This document shows positions 11,595 through 22,887 of a DNA stretch of 64,000 nt, piece by piece. The notes beneath the pieces were generated by a model. That model saw only the letters and a program-made list of their open reading frames with translations. It searched no databases and was not told the DNA's origin. Position 1 is the stretch's first letter. The number at the start of each line of letters is the position of its first letter. This DNA is from an uncultured delta proteobacterium (lineage in GTDB: Bacteria > Desulfobacterota > Binatia > UBA9968), in contig CAVUVW010000011.1 in assembly GCA_963745035.1 (NCBI GenBank), positions 96,001-160,000 of the forward strand, in the 5' to 3' direction. Position numbers and translations under genes: made by a program.

Positions 11595-12464
11595 TCAGTG
11601 CGACCCTTGATGGCCAAACCGATGCCCGATCTGGATGCGATTGCCGAACGGGTCATAGCCGTAAACCGTATGCCCGCCCTGCTCGTGCCAGGGAATCTTC
11701 GTTGGATCCGGACCCCAATAGAACTCGCGCCGGTTGAATTTTTCGAGAATCGGCGGATACAGCTCCGGCGCGATGCGAAAATCCACGTGCGGCCCTTTGA
11801 CCGCGCGCGTGCTGCGCTCGGCGACCTGATCGACTTTGCGCAGGATCACCAACTGCCCCGTGTTGGGAACCGTCAGCGTGACTTGATCGTCGCCGGGAAC
11901 CTGTGCTTCTTCGGCCAGACCGAACGTATCCCGATACCAGGCTTTGCCCTGATCCATATCGGTGACCTCGATGCGCACGTGACTGATTCTTCGAAGCGGC
12001 ACGATCTTTCCCTGCGGCTTGTCGTTCACCGGATCACGGCGAATAGAAAGCTCTAGTGTGTTGCCGTCGGGATCGAGCACGAACAGCGACTGCTTGATCG
12101 GAGAGGGCGCCGCATACTCGACCGGCCCGTGAACGCGCAGCTTTCTCTCCTCCGCCGCGCGCGCAATCTCGGCAATATCGTCGGCCGCAACTTCGAACCC
12201 GTAGACCACGCCCTCCAACGGCCGCGCGGGGTTCGGCGAGATCGGAAAATCCTGCAAAGCCACGCCCCAGCCTTTGTGATTGGCGAGGGTATAAAAAATG
12301 ATCTGCGGCACTTCGCGATTGAGACCGCGCAGATTGAGATTGGTCATATGATCGATCTCGCCGCCCATGAACGCGCCGTAAAAACGATGCGCCCGTCCCA
12401 GATCGTTGCTCGGAATCACCCCATGGTCGATGCGATCGATCGTCGGCTTTCCATTTGAGCTCAT
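11595..12464 (-). CDS. two-domain VOC/glyoxalase family protein
   Basis: DPDGNTLEL and DPFGNRIQ motifs. Confidence 0.85.
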   Translation of the reverse strand: MSSNGKPTIDRIDHGVIPSNDLGRAHRFYGAFMGGEIDHMTNLNLRGLNREVPQIIFYTLANHKGWGVALQDFPISPNPARPLEGVVYGFEVAADDIAEIARAAEERKLRVHGPVEYAAPSPIKQSLFVLDPDGNTLELSIRRDPVNDKPQGKIVPLRRISHVRIEVTDMDQGKAWYRDTFGLAEEAQVPGDDQVTLTVPNTGQLVILRKVDQVAERSTRAVKGPHVDFRIAPELYPPILEKFNRREFYWGPDPTKIPWHEQGGHTVYGYDPFGNRIQIGHRFGHQGSH

Positions 12465-12575
12465 CTCAATCTCCTCACGGATTCACAGAAACTACTTGCG
12501 GTTCAATGCGCTCGAATTGCTCATCGATATCCGAATTTCGTACTGTTGCCTATCGCCTCGTGCCTGTTGCCTATT

Positions 12576-13728
12576 TTATTTTCCCGACTTCTGCCGCGCG
12601 GCGTTGATCAAATCCCCCACCGGCTTCCATTCCATCCAGTCATGCCGGCTGATTTCGATATAGTCCACGTCTTTTCTTCGCCGCGCCGGCTCGGGCACCA
12701 CGCTGAGCGGTAAATCCTCGCGCATGGAAGTCGTCGTATCGTCTTCCATGGTGTTGTTGGCTTGGCGAAACGCGATCTGCCCGTCGCGTGACAAGTACCA
12801 GTTGAGGAAAACCTTCGCCGCATTGGCGTGCGGATGATTGTTCATCAGGACAATCGCGCCGTTGTTGGAGCCGATCCCGGGCGCTTCCTTGAAATGATAC
12901 GGGCTCACTTCCGAGACCGGCAGACCCTGTTCGTGCGCCCGCCGCAGCCGGCAAAGAATACAGATCTGATACTTGCCGGCGGCCAGCCAATCGGTGCCCT
13001 GCCGAAAGTCGCTGAAGTAGGTAATGATCCATCTCGCTGTAAAGCCGCTCGAGAAATTTCGGTCCGACCTGTGGATGATGATACATAAAAAGCAGCGCGG
13101 TCGAGACGTAGTTGGCGCGCGGCCATAAACCGATCATCTTGCCTTTCCACTTCGGGTCGAGGATGTCCCACACCGAACGGATCGAGTCCAAGTTGACCAG
13201 TTTCGTGTTGGTGTAAACCGGCGGGCCGTAGAGCGAGCTTTGGTAGACGAAAACAAATTGATTCTCGGGATCGACGTAGCGGTGCTTGCCTTTCCACCAT
13301 TTGGCAAGATCGATCACCTCGGGCAGCACCAGCGCCGGCGGCATCGGGTCGAGCGCCTTGCCGCGATAGAAGCTGTTGTACGTCGCGCCCGGCGCGCCGA
13401 GCATGACGTCGACCAGAAACTGCCCGGCGCGGCGTTCGGCCATCACCTTGGTGACGATCTCGCTGGTCGTGCTGATCCCCGTCGCATTGAGCTTGATCTT
13501 GGGAAATTTTTTCTTGAACGCCTCCCAGATCACTTGCAGGTCACCGACCGAGTTCGTCGCGTAGACGGTGACCTCGCCTTCCTTCTCCGCGGCCTTAACG
13601 ACATCCTCCCAACGGCTCGGCGCCGAGCGCGGAGGATCGGCGCCGAACACCGAAGCCGCCATTATACAAATTGACGCCGTAGCCGAAGCGATCCAAGCCC
13701 GCATCCTGTGTTTTCCGTCGTGCTTCAT
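12576..13728 (-). CDS. extracellular solute-binding protein, Fe3+/thiamine type (frameshifted)
   Basis: AAEKEGEVTVY, LDPKWKGK, PHANAAKVFLNWYLS across two frames. Confidence 0.85.
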
Positions 13729-13741
13729 ATCTCAGTCCTCG

Positions 13742-14689
13742 CTATTCCAGGCTGATCTCCCGGCCAAGGCCGCGCTTGCGCGCCTCTTCGTAGGCCCACG
13801 CCGCCAAAGCCAGATCGCCATAGCCGCCCTGCGAATCGCGAAACACGATGATGCTCTTCGATCGATCCGGCGGCGCAGCTTTGCCCGCGATCATATCGCC
13901 GAGCTCGACCACCGAATTCCACGAAATAGTCCCCGCGCGCGACAGGCGAATCAGCGGCTGGTCCAACCGTGTATCGTAATATCCGAGCTCATGAGTTTTG
14001 CTGGTCACGCAGATCAAGGCGGCGCGCAAATATACTTCATCGTCGAATTCATTGGGCCGCCCGATACCGAAAATCGCAAGTCCCGGACGCAGCCATCGTC
14101 CGAGCAATGCCGCCGCCGGCGAGTTGGTGCTGACCAGCACGAAATCCGCGCCATCGATGGCTTGCTCGGCGGAGGCCACGGCCTGAACCGGAATTTCTAG
14201 TTGCTCACTTGCTTTGCGCGCGAAAGCTTCGCGCTTTTCCGCGCTCCGGCTGTAGACCAGAACCCGTTCGAGCGAGCGTGCCGCCACTGCCGGCGTGAGA
14301 GCCGACAGCGCCAGCCGGCCGCTGCCGATCATCGCCGCCGCGCGCGCTTTGGGATCGGCGAAGCGGTCGATGGCGAGGCCGACGGTCGCGCTGATGCGCA
14401 GATTGCTGAACGGATAGCCCATCAGCGCCACCAGATCTCCCGAGCGAATACTGAACAGCAGCGCCATCGCCTCCCCGCCCGTCACGCTGACGCGGAAGCC
14501 GGTCTTGTCCTGTGCTTCGAGCGCACCTGCCACCATGCGCATGCCGCGGTTCATGAGCCGGAGCGGCGCCACCTGACCGACCTTGCCGTCGGATTGTTCG
14601 CGAAACGTCTGCTCCAGCACCGTCATCGCGCTTTTGAGATCGAGCATCGAGGAAATTTCTGTGCGTTTGAGTAAAAGCGCCACGATCAA
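13742..14689 (-). CDS. ornithine cyclodeaminase/mu-crystallin family protein
   Basis: IGSGRLA, VFRDSQGGYGDLALA. Confidence 0.85.
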   Translation of the reverse strand: MIVALLLKRTEISSMLDLKSAMTVLEQTFREQSDGKVGQVAPLRLMNRGMRMVAGALEAQDKTGFRVSVTGGEAMALLFSIRSGDLVALMGYPFSNLRISATVGLAIDRFADPKARAAAMIGSGRLALSALTPAVAARSLERVLVYSRSAEKREAFARKASEQLEIPVQAVASAEQAIDGADFVLVSTNSPAAALLGRWLRPGLAIFGIGRPNEFDDEVYLRAALICVTSKTHELGYYDTRLDQPLIRLSRAGTISWNSVVELGDMIAGKAAPPDRSKSIIVFRDSQGGYGDLALAAWAYEEARKRGLGREISLE

Positions 14690-14906
14690 CGTCCCTGTGA
14701 AGCGAAGGCTGCGGACGAGCGCAATCTACTAACGATAGGTGAATGAGGTCAAGGCGAGCTGAAGACTTTGCAGTGGCAGCGCGTCGCAAAAGCCGAGGGA
14801 AGTCGTTCCGCCGGTGAAACGCGCGAGGAGCGCGCACGATCGGCGCAGTGCGAACGACTTGAGCGCGGCGTGCCAAGCTCAGATCGCCGATCGAAAACGA
14901 AGGCGC

Positions 14907-15446
14907 TTACTTTTTCGTATCTTTGATATCGGTGATCTTGACGTCGAACGACAAAGTTTTTCCCGCTAGCGGATGATTGAAATCCATGACCACCGTTTTT
15001 TCCTTGACCTCGTGCACGCGCACCGGAACTCCTTCTCCGGCCGGGCCTTGGGCCAGCAGCATCGTGCCCACCTTGAGCGCCTCGGGCGGCACGCTTTCTT
15101 TGGGGATTTCTCGAAAAGCCTTGGGATCGACTGGACCGTAGGCATCCTCGGGTTTGACCGTGACTTTTTTCTCGCCGCCCACGGTCATGCCGGTAAGCTC
15201 CCTTTCCAGTCCGGGGATGATCTGTCCTGTGCCGTGTACGTAGTGCATGGGCACTTTGCCCTTGCTCGTATCGACCACTCGGCCGCTCTCGTCCGTCAAG
15301 GTGTAATCAAAAGACACCTCGGCGCCAGACTGCACGACAGAATCGGGCTTAGTTGCGCTCTGCGCCGGGCCGATGTTGCCGGGAAAATCGGCGGCGAGCA
15401 GCGAAATAGTGAGAGAAACAGCGGCGAGAAATCGAAACGGCAACAT
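14907..15446 (-). CDS. FKBP-type peptidyl-prolyl isomerase, SlyD-like, with N-terminal signal peptide
   Basis: GQIIPGLE, PEDAYG, DFNHPLAGKTL; no His-rich tail. Confidence 0.85.
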   Translation of the reverse strand: MLPFRFLAAVSLTISLLAADFPGNIGPAQSATKPDSVVQSGAEVSFDYTLTDESGRVVDTSKGKVPMHYVHGTGQIIPGLERELTGMTVGGEKKVTVKPEDAYGPVDPKAFREIPKESVPPEALKVGTMLLAQGPAGEGVPVRVHEVKEKTVVMDFNHPLAGKTLSFDVKITDIKDTKK

Positions 15447-15552
15447 GATCACCTCCGGAGCGGTTGCTGGAACGGCACGTGACAATTTCAAGCTACGTGC
15501 TAATCCGTCCGACTTCAACCACGCCGCTGCATGAGGCATAAAACGATTGTCT

Positions 15553-16581
15553 TTATTGCGACAGAATCTTTTTAATCCGCTCCACGACCTCCGGCGGCTG
15601 CTCGATGACTGCCTTGGCGATCTTGGCCAATTCCTCACCGCTCACCGCCTGGATCTCGAGATTGCTTTTGGCGGCTTCCGCCAACAGCGCCGGATCGGCC
15701 ATGCTCTTCATGAACGCGTCTTGCAAAATTTTGACGCGGTCCGCGGGCAGCCCCGGCGTAGTAACGATCGGCCGGCCCAGCTCGCCGGAACCGAGCATGA
15801 CGGTGACCACTCGCCTTCCCAGATCCGAGGTTTTGAATTCGTTCATCAACTCGCTGAGCAGCGGCGTATCCGGCAGCCGTGGATCTTTCTTTTCGCCGGT
15901 CTGCATCAGAATGCGGACAAACCCTTTCTTGCGCCAAGTGTGATAGGGCTCGCGCGCAAAGTAGGCCGCGGTGGTAAAAGAGCGGCATACGACTTCGTTG
16001 CGCTCGGTGGCGAGATCGATCTCATTGCCGCCGGCATAGCCAGTGACGATGGTAAACTTGGTGCCGAGGGCTTCTTCGAGCATGCGGGGAATGTAGTGGC
16101 CGCTGGTTCCCGTACCGGTGGCGCCGCATTTCGGCGCTTCACTCGCCTTGCGCACGTCTTGTATGGTCTTGTACGGCGTGTCGGTGCGCATGTAGAGCAT
16201 GTGTTCCGACTTATCGGAGCTCGCAAGCCAGGTGAATTTCGGCCAATCGAATTTTACTTCCTTGTTGCCCTGGAGCTGGTTGAAATAGTGCGCCGGGTTG
16301 ATCGAGGCAATCGTGAGACCGTCGGGCTTGGCCACGCCATACACGTAGTTCGCGGCCACCATGCCGCCGGCGGCCGGCATGTTCTGCACCACCACGGTCG
16401 GATTGCCGGATATGTACTTGCCGATATGGTTTGCGAGCAGCCTGCCGTACATGTCGTACGCCGTCCCCGCTCCCGAGCCGACGATCAAGTTAATCGTCTT
16501 GCCTTGATAAAACGTGCTCTGCGCACCCAGCGGACTCGCCGCCAGCGCGAACAATGCGGTGAATAAAAAACTGAATTTCAT
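15553..16581 (-). CDS. TctC/Bug family substrate-binding protein
   Basis: GKTINLIVGSGAG, NMPAAGG, KPDGLT. Confidence 0.9.
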   Translation of the reverse strand: MKFSFLFTALFALAASPLGAQSTFYQGKTINLIVGSGAGTAYDMYGRLLANHIGKYISGNPTVVVQNMPAAGGMVAANYVYGVAKPDGLTIASINPAHYFNQLQGNKEVKFDWPKFTWLASSDKSEHMLYMRTDTPYKTIQDVRKASEAPKCGATGTGTSGHYIPRMLEEALGTKFTIVTGYAGGNEIDLATERNEVVCRSFTTAAYFAREPYHTWRKKGFVRILMQTGEKKDPRLPDTPLLSELMNEFKTSDLGRRVVTVMLGSGELGRPIVTTPGLPADRVKILQDAFMKSMADPALLAEAAKSNLEIQAVSGEELAKIAKAVIEQPPEVVERIKKILSQ

Positions 16582-16932
16582 AGTCCCTCCCCGGCGCTGC
16601 TTGAGATCGAGCGGCGCCATACTAATGCGCGGCAAGGAGGCAAATCAAGGGTGAAGATGCGCATTCCAAACAAATGGCATGTCGCGAAATTCGTTCACCG
16701 CGCGAAAACTGTGCATTCCTCCAGGGGAACCACCGTGGGCACGGTGGTCCGGCGCTGACATTTACGGGCACTCTCGCCAATCCCGGCGATCGACGATAAT
16801 CTATTGCTCCCAAAAGTTCGCTGCTATTGCGCGGAGGGCATTGCGCGCGCTGCGATCGGAGCGAGTGGACCGGGGTACAAAACTTGCTTTGAACGAGTCG
16901 TTTGAGTATTCAAGGGAGGACCCCCAGTTGTT

Positions 16933-17850
16933 ATGACAAGCCGCGAACGGAATTGGCCCATGGGATGGAAAGGATTCCTAGGCGTCGCGAGCTGCGTGAC
17001 CGTCTTGGCTGTTGTCTATTTCGGTTACGGTGCCGGCACGAAGTCGCCCCAGAAAAACGTCGTTGCCGAAGCGAAACCCGCGGTCCAGAAGCGGCCTGTT
17101 CGAGCGATGAATCTCGCGCTCGGCAACATGGTCTTCTTTGCTCACGAGCTCGGCTTTACCGTGACGAGCGCCAAGGGCGCAACCGTCGACTCCGCCAAGA
17201 TCGCCGCGCGTATCGAGAACCAGTTGCACGGTGTGCGGGAGCTGTATCGCCAAGCGATCGCCAAGAATCCCTCCCTCGCCGGCGGCCTGGTGTTGCAATT
17301 TAGCATCGCACCCGGCGGCGAAGTAAGCCATGTGCACGAGCTTTCTGCGCGGCTGAGCGATGGCGAGTTCAAAAAGGCCGTCGTCGCACAAGCCGCGACG
17401 TGGTCGTTCGCCGAACTCGTCGCGGAAAATCTGCTAGTTACTTGCCCGCTGCTGTTCGTCCACGAAGGGATGGACATCACCACACTCATCCAGTGGGAGA
17501 AATCCGTCGAGGCCCCGGCCGCGAAAACGGTGACCGCGCGTCCGTCTGGCAATCCGCTTGCTGCCGCGTCCGCATACGCAGCCGCAAGCGCAGGCACCGG
17601 CCCGGCGCCTGTCGGTGTTCCACGCGCGAGCGTGAGAACGGACGGAAGAGAATTTCAGATCAAGTACGCTACTGCTCTTCGCGCAAATCCGAATTTTTCC
17701 GCCCCTTCCTTGTTGACCTTCGCCATTGGCACGAAAGTGACAGTGCTGCGGCGCCAAGGTGATTGGCTGGAGGTCCGTTCGAGAACAGACGGACCGACCG
17801 GTTTTATTCGCAAGGAATTTGTCACGCCTCTGGAAACGGTCCGCAAGTAA
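16933..17850 (+). CDS. AgmX/PglI C-terminal-like plus SH3 domain membrane protein
   Basis: LYRQAIAKNPSLAGGLVLQFSIAPGG and a C-terminal SH3b-like GDWLEVR...GFIRKEFV. Confidence 0.7.
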   Translation: MTSRERNWPMGWKGFLGVASCVTVLAVVYFGYGAGTKSPQKNVVAEAKPAVQKRPVRAMNLALGNMVFFAHELGFTVTSAKGATVDSAKIAARIENQLHGVRELYRQAIAKNPSLAGGLVLQFSIAPGGEVSHVHELSARLSDGEFKKAVVAQAATWSFAELVAENLLVTCPLLFVHEGMDITTLIQWEKSVEAPAAKTVTARPSGNPLAAASAYAAASAGTGPAPVGVPRASVRTDGREFQIKYATALRANPNFSAPSLLTFAIGTKVTVLRRQGDWLEVRSRTDGPTGFIRKEFVTPLETVRK

Positions 17851-18103
17851 GTTGTGCCGGGGCTTGCCGTCCGGCGTTCCCAGTGACCAGCAGGTGATGC
17901 GCTCCCGTCCTCAGCCCGGATGATTCATCGTCGGTAACTTAGAAGGTCTCCTGAGTAGGGCAGGGCGCGCCTTGCCCTATCGCCTGGCGTCACAGAGGCG
18001 CACGGTCCATTGCCCCATCTCACATGAATGGACGACTTTTCATTTTCATTTGTGAGGAGTGATCGCGCCGGATAGAATTGTCCACGTCCGACCGCCGTTC
18101 GCC

Positions 18104-19075
18104 ATGTCGAAGCTGCCTCATCGCCGCCCCTGGGAAGTGTGCGCGCGCGAAGCGACGCCTGAAACGATCTTTCGCGAGCGCCGCCGTTTCCTCAAGATAA
18201 CCGGCTCCATCGGCCTGGGACTCGCCGCGCTCGGTTTTCCCGGGTGCGGTCCGGCGCGCGACGCGTCGGTCATCGGCGCGCAGGAAAATCCGCCGGCGCT
18301 CGATCTCTACCCCGCTCGACGCAATCCACGTTTTCCATTGGACCGCCCGCTGACCGAGGAAGCCTATGCTGCTTCGTACAATAATTTCTACGAGTTCAGC
18401 GTGTTCAAGGGCGGCGTTTACAAGAAAACGGCGCGTTGGCGCACCTCGCCGTGGCAAGTGGAAATCGGCGGGCTGGTCGAGAAACCGCGCGTCGTTGATA
18501 TCGCCGAGCTGATTCGCGCCATGCCGCTCGAAGAGCGGCTTTACCGTTTTCGCTGCGTCGAAGCCTGGGCCATGGCCGTGCCTTGGACCGGTTTTCCGCT
18601 GCGCGATCTCATCACAGCCGTGCAGCCGCTTTCCGCCGCGAGATATGTCCGTTTTACAGCGTTCCTCAAGCCGCAAGAAGCGCCCAATCAACATCCTTCC
18701 CGAGGTCCTTGGCCCTACACGGAAGGCTTGACCATCGCGGAAGCGATGAACGAATTGACCTTGTTGGCGACCGGCATTTACGGTCGTCCGCTACCGAAGC
18801 AGCACGGCGCGCCGCTCCGTCTGGTCGTGCCCTGGAAGTACGGCTTCAAGAGCATCAAGTCGATCGTCAGAATCGATTTCACCGCGGAGCAGCCGCGCAC
18901 GTTTTGGAACAGCAATCGGCCGCGAGAATATGATTTTACCGCTAACGTCGATCCGACTCTCCCGCATCCCCGCTGGTCGCAGGCGAGCGAAAAACTGATC
19001 GACACCGGCGAGCGCCGCGCGACTTTGCCTTATAACGGTTACGGCGAATGGGTGGCTGGACTTTATAGAACCTAG
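18104..19075 (+). CDS. msrP: protein-methionine-sulfoxide reductase catalytic subunit MsrP
   Basis: Tat motif RRRFL, YNNFYEF, RFRCVEAW, GAPLRLVVPWKYGFKSIKS, HPRWSQA. Confidence 0.95.
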   Translation: MSKLPHRRPWEVCAREATPETIFRERRRFLKITGSIGLGLAALGFPGCGPARDASVIGAQENPPALDLYPARRNPRFPLDRPLTEEAYAASYNNFYEFSVFKGGVYKKTARWRTSPWQVEIGGLVEKPRVVDIAELIRAMPLEERLYRFRCVEAWAMAVPWTGFPLRDLITAVQPLSAARYVRFTAFLKPQEAPNQHPSRGPWPYTEGLTIAEAMNELTLLATGIYGRPLPKQHGAPLRLVVPWKYGFKSIKSIVRIDFTAEQPRTFWNSNRPREYDFTANVDPTLPHPRWSQASEKLIDTGERRATLPYNGYGEWVAGLYRT

Positions 19076-19142
19076 TCGAGGATCGATGATGGAGGATGGA
19101 GATGGAATCGCGATCCTCGATCCTCCATTTTCTATACTCGCG

Positions 19143-20256
19143 TCATTGGATCAACTGCTTGAGCGCCTTGGCGAGAATCTCAACGTTCTCCGTCCGCGCT
19201 CCATGTCCCATCAAACCGACGCGCCAGATTTTTCCCTTGAGCGGTCCGAGGCCGGCGCCGATTTCGATGTTGAAATCGTCGTACAAGCGCTGGCGCACCT
19301 TCGGATCGTCGACGCCGTCGGGGACTTTGACGGCGTTGATCATCGGGGCGCGGATCGATTCGGCGACCGCCGGCTCCAGCTCGAGCTTGCGCATCTCGCG
19401 GATGAAGGTTTCGTGGGTCGCGCGATGGCGCTGCCACGCCGCTTGCAGACCTTCTTCGAGAACGACGCGCAGCGCTTCATGCAGCGCGTAATTCATCGAG
19501 ATCGGCGCGGTGTGGTGATAGACGCGCTCGCTGCCCCAGTATTTTTCGATCATCGAGAGATCGAGATACCAGCTCTGGACTTTGGCTTTGCGCGCGGCGA
19601 ATGACTTCCACGGCGCGCTCACTGAAGGTCACCGGCGACAAGCCCGGCGGACAGCCCAGACATTTCTGCGTGCAGCTGTAGCAGGCGTCGATGCCGAGCT
19701 CATCGACTCGCACCGGCGCGCCGCCGAGCGAAGTCACTGTATCCACGAGCAGCAGCGCGCCGCTCTCGCGCACGATTTTTGCGATGTCGTCGAGCGGCTG
19801 CAGCACGCCGGTGGAGGTCTCGGCGTGGACGAGCGCCGCGAGCTTGTATCGCTTTTGCGCCAGCGCGGTTTTGAATTGCTGCGCGTCGAGCGCGCTGCCC
19901 CACGCCGCGTCCACAGTGTCGACCTCGGCGCCGCAGCGCTGGGCGACGTCGACCATGCGCGTGCCGAAGACGCCGTTTACGCCGATCAGCACGGCGTCGC
20001 CGGGCTCGACGAGATTGGCGAAGCAGGTCTCCATGCCGGCGCTGCCGGTGCCGGACATGGGCAGAGCGAGGCGATTCTTCGTCTGAAAAACTTCGCGCAG
20101 CATCGCCATGCTCTGATCCATGATTTCCAAAAATTTTGGATCGAGATGGCCGATGACGGGAAGTGACAGGGCTTGGAACACGCGCGGATGGACCGGGCTC
20201 GGCCCCGGGCCGAGCAACGTGCGAACGGGCGGATTGGCTTTTGGCGCTGCGGGCAT
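19143..20256 (-). CDS. alanine-glyoxylate aminotransferase family, class V PLP (frameshifted)
   Basis: [22 protein letters not shown]; C-terminus in a second frame. Confidence 0.9.
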
Positions 20257-20277
20257 AAATAAAGTTCCTCGTGTGAG

Positions 20278-21165
20278 CTACTCGTCGGCTTTGACGTGCA
20301 GCTCCATGCTGCCGATTTTCTCGATGGTGCCGTGCAGATGATCGCCGGGGTTGAGCTTGCTCACGCCCGCGGGCGTGCCGGTGGTGATCAAATCGCCGGG
20401 GCGCAGGGTTAAACAGCCCGACAGAAAACGGATGTGCTCGCGCAGGCCGCAGATCATGTCGCTGGTGTGCGCGACCATCGCTTCCTTGCCGTTCTGCAGC
20501 ACTTTGATCGAAAGATTCTGCGGCTCGTCGATCTCGTCGCGCGTGACGATCCACGGCCCCAGCGCGCTGAAGGTGTCGAAGCCTTTGCGGATATTGCGCG
20601 TGTTGTGCATGCCCTTGCCCCACGGGTCGCGCTGGCTGATATCCCAGCAGATCGTGTAACCGAATACGTGATCGAGCGATTGCTCCTCGCTGACTTTGCG
20701 CGCGCGTTTGCCGATGACCGCGCAGAGCTCGCACTCGAAGTCGACGAGCTTGGAGATCTTCGGCAGGATAATGGCGTCGCCCGGACCGATGATCGACGAG
20801 GTTGTCTTAAGAAAAAATTCCGCCATCAGATCGTCTTTATTCTTGATCTCCTTGTTGGCGCTGCCCATGCGGTCGACCATTTCGGCTCGATGGGCGTAAT
20901 AGTTCGCCGCCGCGGCCCACAACGAGCCGGGATTGGTGATCGGCGCAAGCAGCTTCACCGATAACAAATCTTCCCCGCTCGTGCTGCTTTCGGCGTCTTT
21001 GGCAATCTGCATCGCCTTGGGATTGTTGGCCAGCGCGTCGATGATCTCCAACATCGTGTAACCCTGGCGCGCGAGCCCTGCTTTGATCAGATTCTCGCCG
21101 ATGTTGACGACTTTATTGCCGACGACCACGCCCGCCTGATGATTGTTGTAATGGCAAATTTTCAT
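20278..21165 (-). CDS. fumarylacetoacetate hydrolase family protein
   Basis: DFECEL, KGFDTF, TGTPAG. Confidence 0.9.
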   Translation of the reverse strand: MKICHYNNHQAGVVVGNKVVNIGENLIKAGLARQGYTMLEIIDALANNPKAMQIAKDAESSTSGEDLLSVKLLAPITNPGSLWAAAANYYAHRAEMVDRMGSANKEIKNKDDLMAEFFLKTTSSIIGPGDAIILPKISKLVDFECELCAVIGKRARKVSEEQSLDHVFGYTICWDISQRDPWGKGMHNTRNIRKGFDTFSALGPWIVTRDEIDEPQNLSIKVLQNGKEAMVAHTSDMICGLREHIRFLSGCLTLRPGDLITTGTPAGVSKLNPGDHLHGTIEKIGSMELHVKADE

Positions 21166-21387
21166 GTTCGAACCTCCGCACAGAGCAGATTCGCAAGCTC
21201 AATTTTCATACCTGATGGAACGCGCAAAGTCCAACGAGCGCGGCGTGATCGCGCTCTTATGGCGCCGTTGGCGCGCGCGGAAGTGCGCGCAGATTTCTTA
21301 TTGACAGCGGCGTCGTACCTAGTTTATCCCTGCTAACGGTTGACCGATCCCTCACGAAGCGCGAAACCTTAACGAAAGGAAAGAAAC

Positions 21388-21759
21388 ATGGACGTCAGCG
21401 GCACGATGCAGGTAATCACGGCGTATGCGATCGCCGTCGGCTTCAAGATCGTCGGCGCAATCGTCTTTTGGCTGATCGGGCGATGGCTCATTGGTCTTGC
21501 CGTGCGGCTGGTCTCCAACGCGTTGGAGCGGCAAAGAGTCGACCCGACTCTGCTCCGCTATCTGGGCACGGTGATCTCCGTCACCCTGAATGTTATTCTA
21601 GTTGTCGCGATCCTCGGCTACTTCGGCGTCGAGACGACGAGCTTCGCCGCCATCGCCGCCGCCGGCGTCGCCATCGGCATGGCGTGGAGCGGCTTGCTCT
21701 CCAACTTCGCCTCCGGCGCCTTTTTGATGGTGTTGCGACCGCGGCTTTCCGCCCGATGA
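21388..21759 (+). pseudogene. truncated MscS mechanosensitive channel
   Basis: GVETTSFAA...GLLSNFASG...LRP, then homology stops before the beta domain. Confidence 0.8.
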
Positions 21760-21840
21760 TCCGACGCCGCGGCCGGAATGCATCTTCTCGTCATTCGAGA
21801 GGCAATCCGCTAGGTTGTCTTTAATGGAGCCGTAACCTTC

Positions 21841-22872
21841 ATGCTCTCTCTCAAACTCGGTCTCACCAACAATCCGCGCTTCGGCCAGCTCGTCGACGGC
21901 ACCGCGAAATCGCCGCGCTGCGATCTCGACGTGGTGGTCACGACGCCGCCGGAGCTTTTTTACCGCAATCTCAAAAACGACGAGTTCGACGTCTTTGAAA
22001 TGTCGCTCTCCGAATATCTGATCACTCGCGAAAAGGCGGTCGGCAATCGCTGGCAGTGGTGTGCGCTGCCGATTTTCCCGGCAAAGGCGTTCGTGTGGCT
22101 CGGTCTCTACGTCAACACATCGAGCGGCATTCATTCGCTGGCGGATTTGCGCGGTAAACGCGTGGGCGTCCCCGACTACGTCATGACGGCGGCGCTCTGG
22201 TTTCGCGTGTTTCTGCGCGAGCTCCACGGCATCGGGCCGCGCGAGGTCTCCTGGTATATCGGCCGCACGAAAGATTTGAGCCACGGCGGGCTATTGAATG
22301 CCGACACCGAGCCGCCGCCGGAAGTTCCTATGACCTGGCTCGATGCATCGCAGACCTTCGATGTGATGCTAGATCGCGGTGAGATCGACATCGCCTATGG
22401 CTTTGCGCCGCGCCACGACCCGAAACTCTTTTCTCTCAACATCGACCGCTACGGCGGCACGCCGCTCGAGGGGAATCCGCGCATCGGAAAACTCTTTACC
22501 GACGGCGGCTGCGCCGTGGTCAAAGCTTTCTTTCAGAAGACCGGCATCGTTCCGGCCAACCACGTGATCGTGGCGCAGCGGCGCTTGCTCGAAGAGCATC
22601 CCTGGCTCGGCGCCGAAGTTTTGGAGCTTTTCACCCGGAGTAAGCAAATCGCCTACGAACGAAATAATTTCGGCGCGCCAGCTTATCTTTATTTCGAAGC
22701 GATGAATCGAGCCGAGCAGGCGGCGCTATACGGCGATGACCCGTTTCCCTTCGGCATTGAGAAAAATCGCCATATGCTCGAAACCCTTTTCCGCAGCTCG
22801 CACGAACAGGGGCTCACGCGACGACTCGCAAGAATAGACGACGTCTTTCATCACAGCCTGCTGGACACATAA
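21841..22872 (+). CDS. 4,5-dihydroxyphthalate decarboxylase-like protein
   Basis: FDVFEMSLSEY, GKRVGVPDYVMTAALW, PANHVIV, DPFPFG. Confidence 0.85.
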   Translation: MLSLKLGLTNNPRFGQLVDGTAKSPRCDLDVVVTTPPELFYRNLKNDEFDVFEMSLSEYLITREKAVGNRWQWCALPIFPAKAFVWLGLYVNTSSGIHSLADLRGKRVGVPDYVMTAALWFRVFLRELHGIGPREVSWYIGRTKDLSHGGLLNADTEPPPEVPMTWLDASQTFDVMLDRGEIDIAYGFAPRHDPKLFSLNIDRYGGTPLEGNPRIGKLFTDGGCAVVKAFFQKTGIVPANHVIVAQRRLLEEHPWLGAEVLELFTRSKQIAYERNNFGAPAYLYFEAMNRAEQAALYGDDPFPFGIEKNRHMLETLFRSSHEQGLTRRLARIDDVFHHSLLDT

Positions 22873-22887
22873 AGCGACAAGGAAGCC

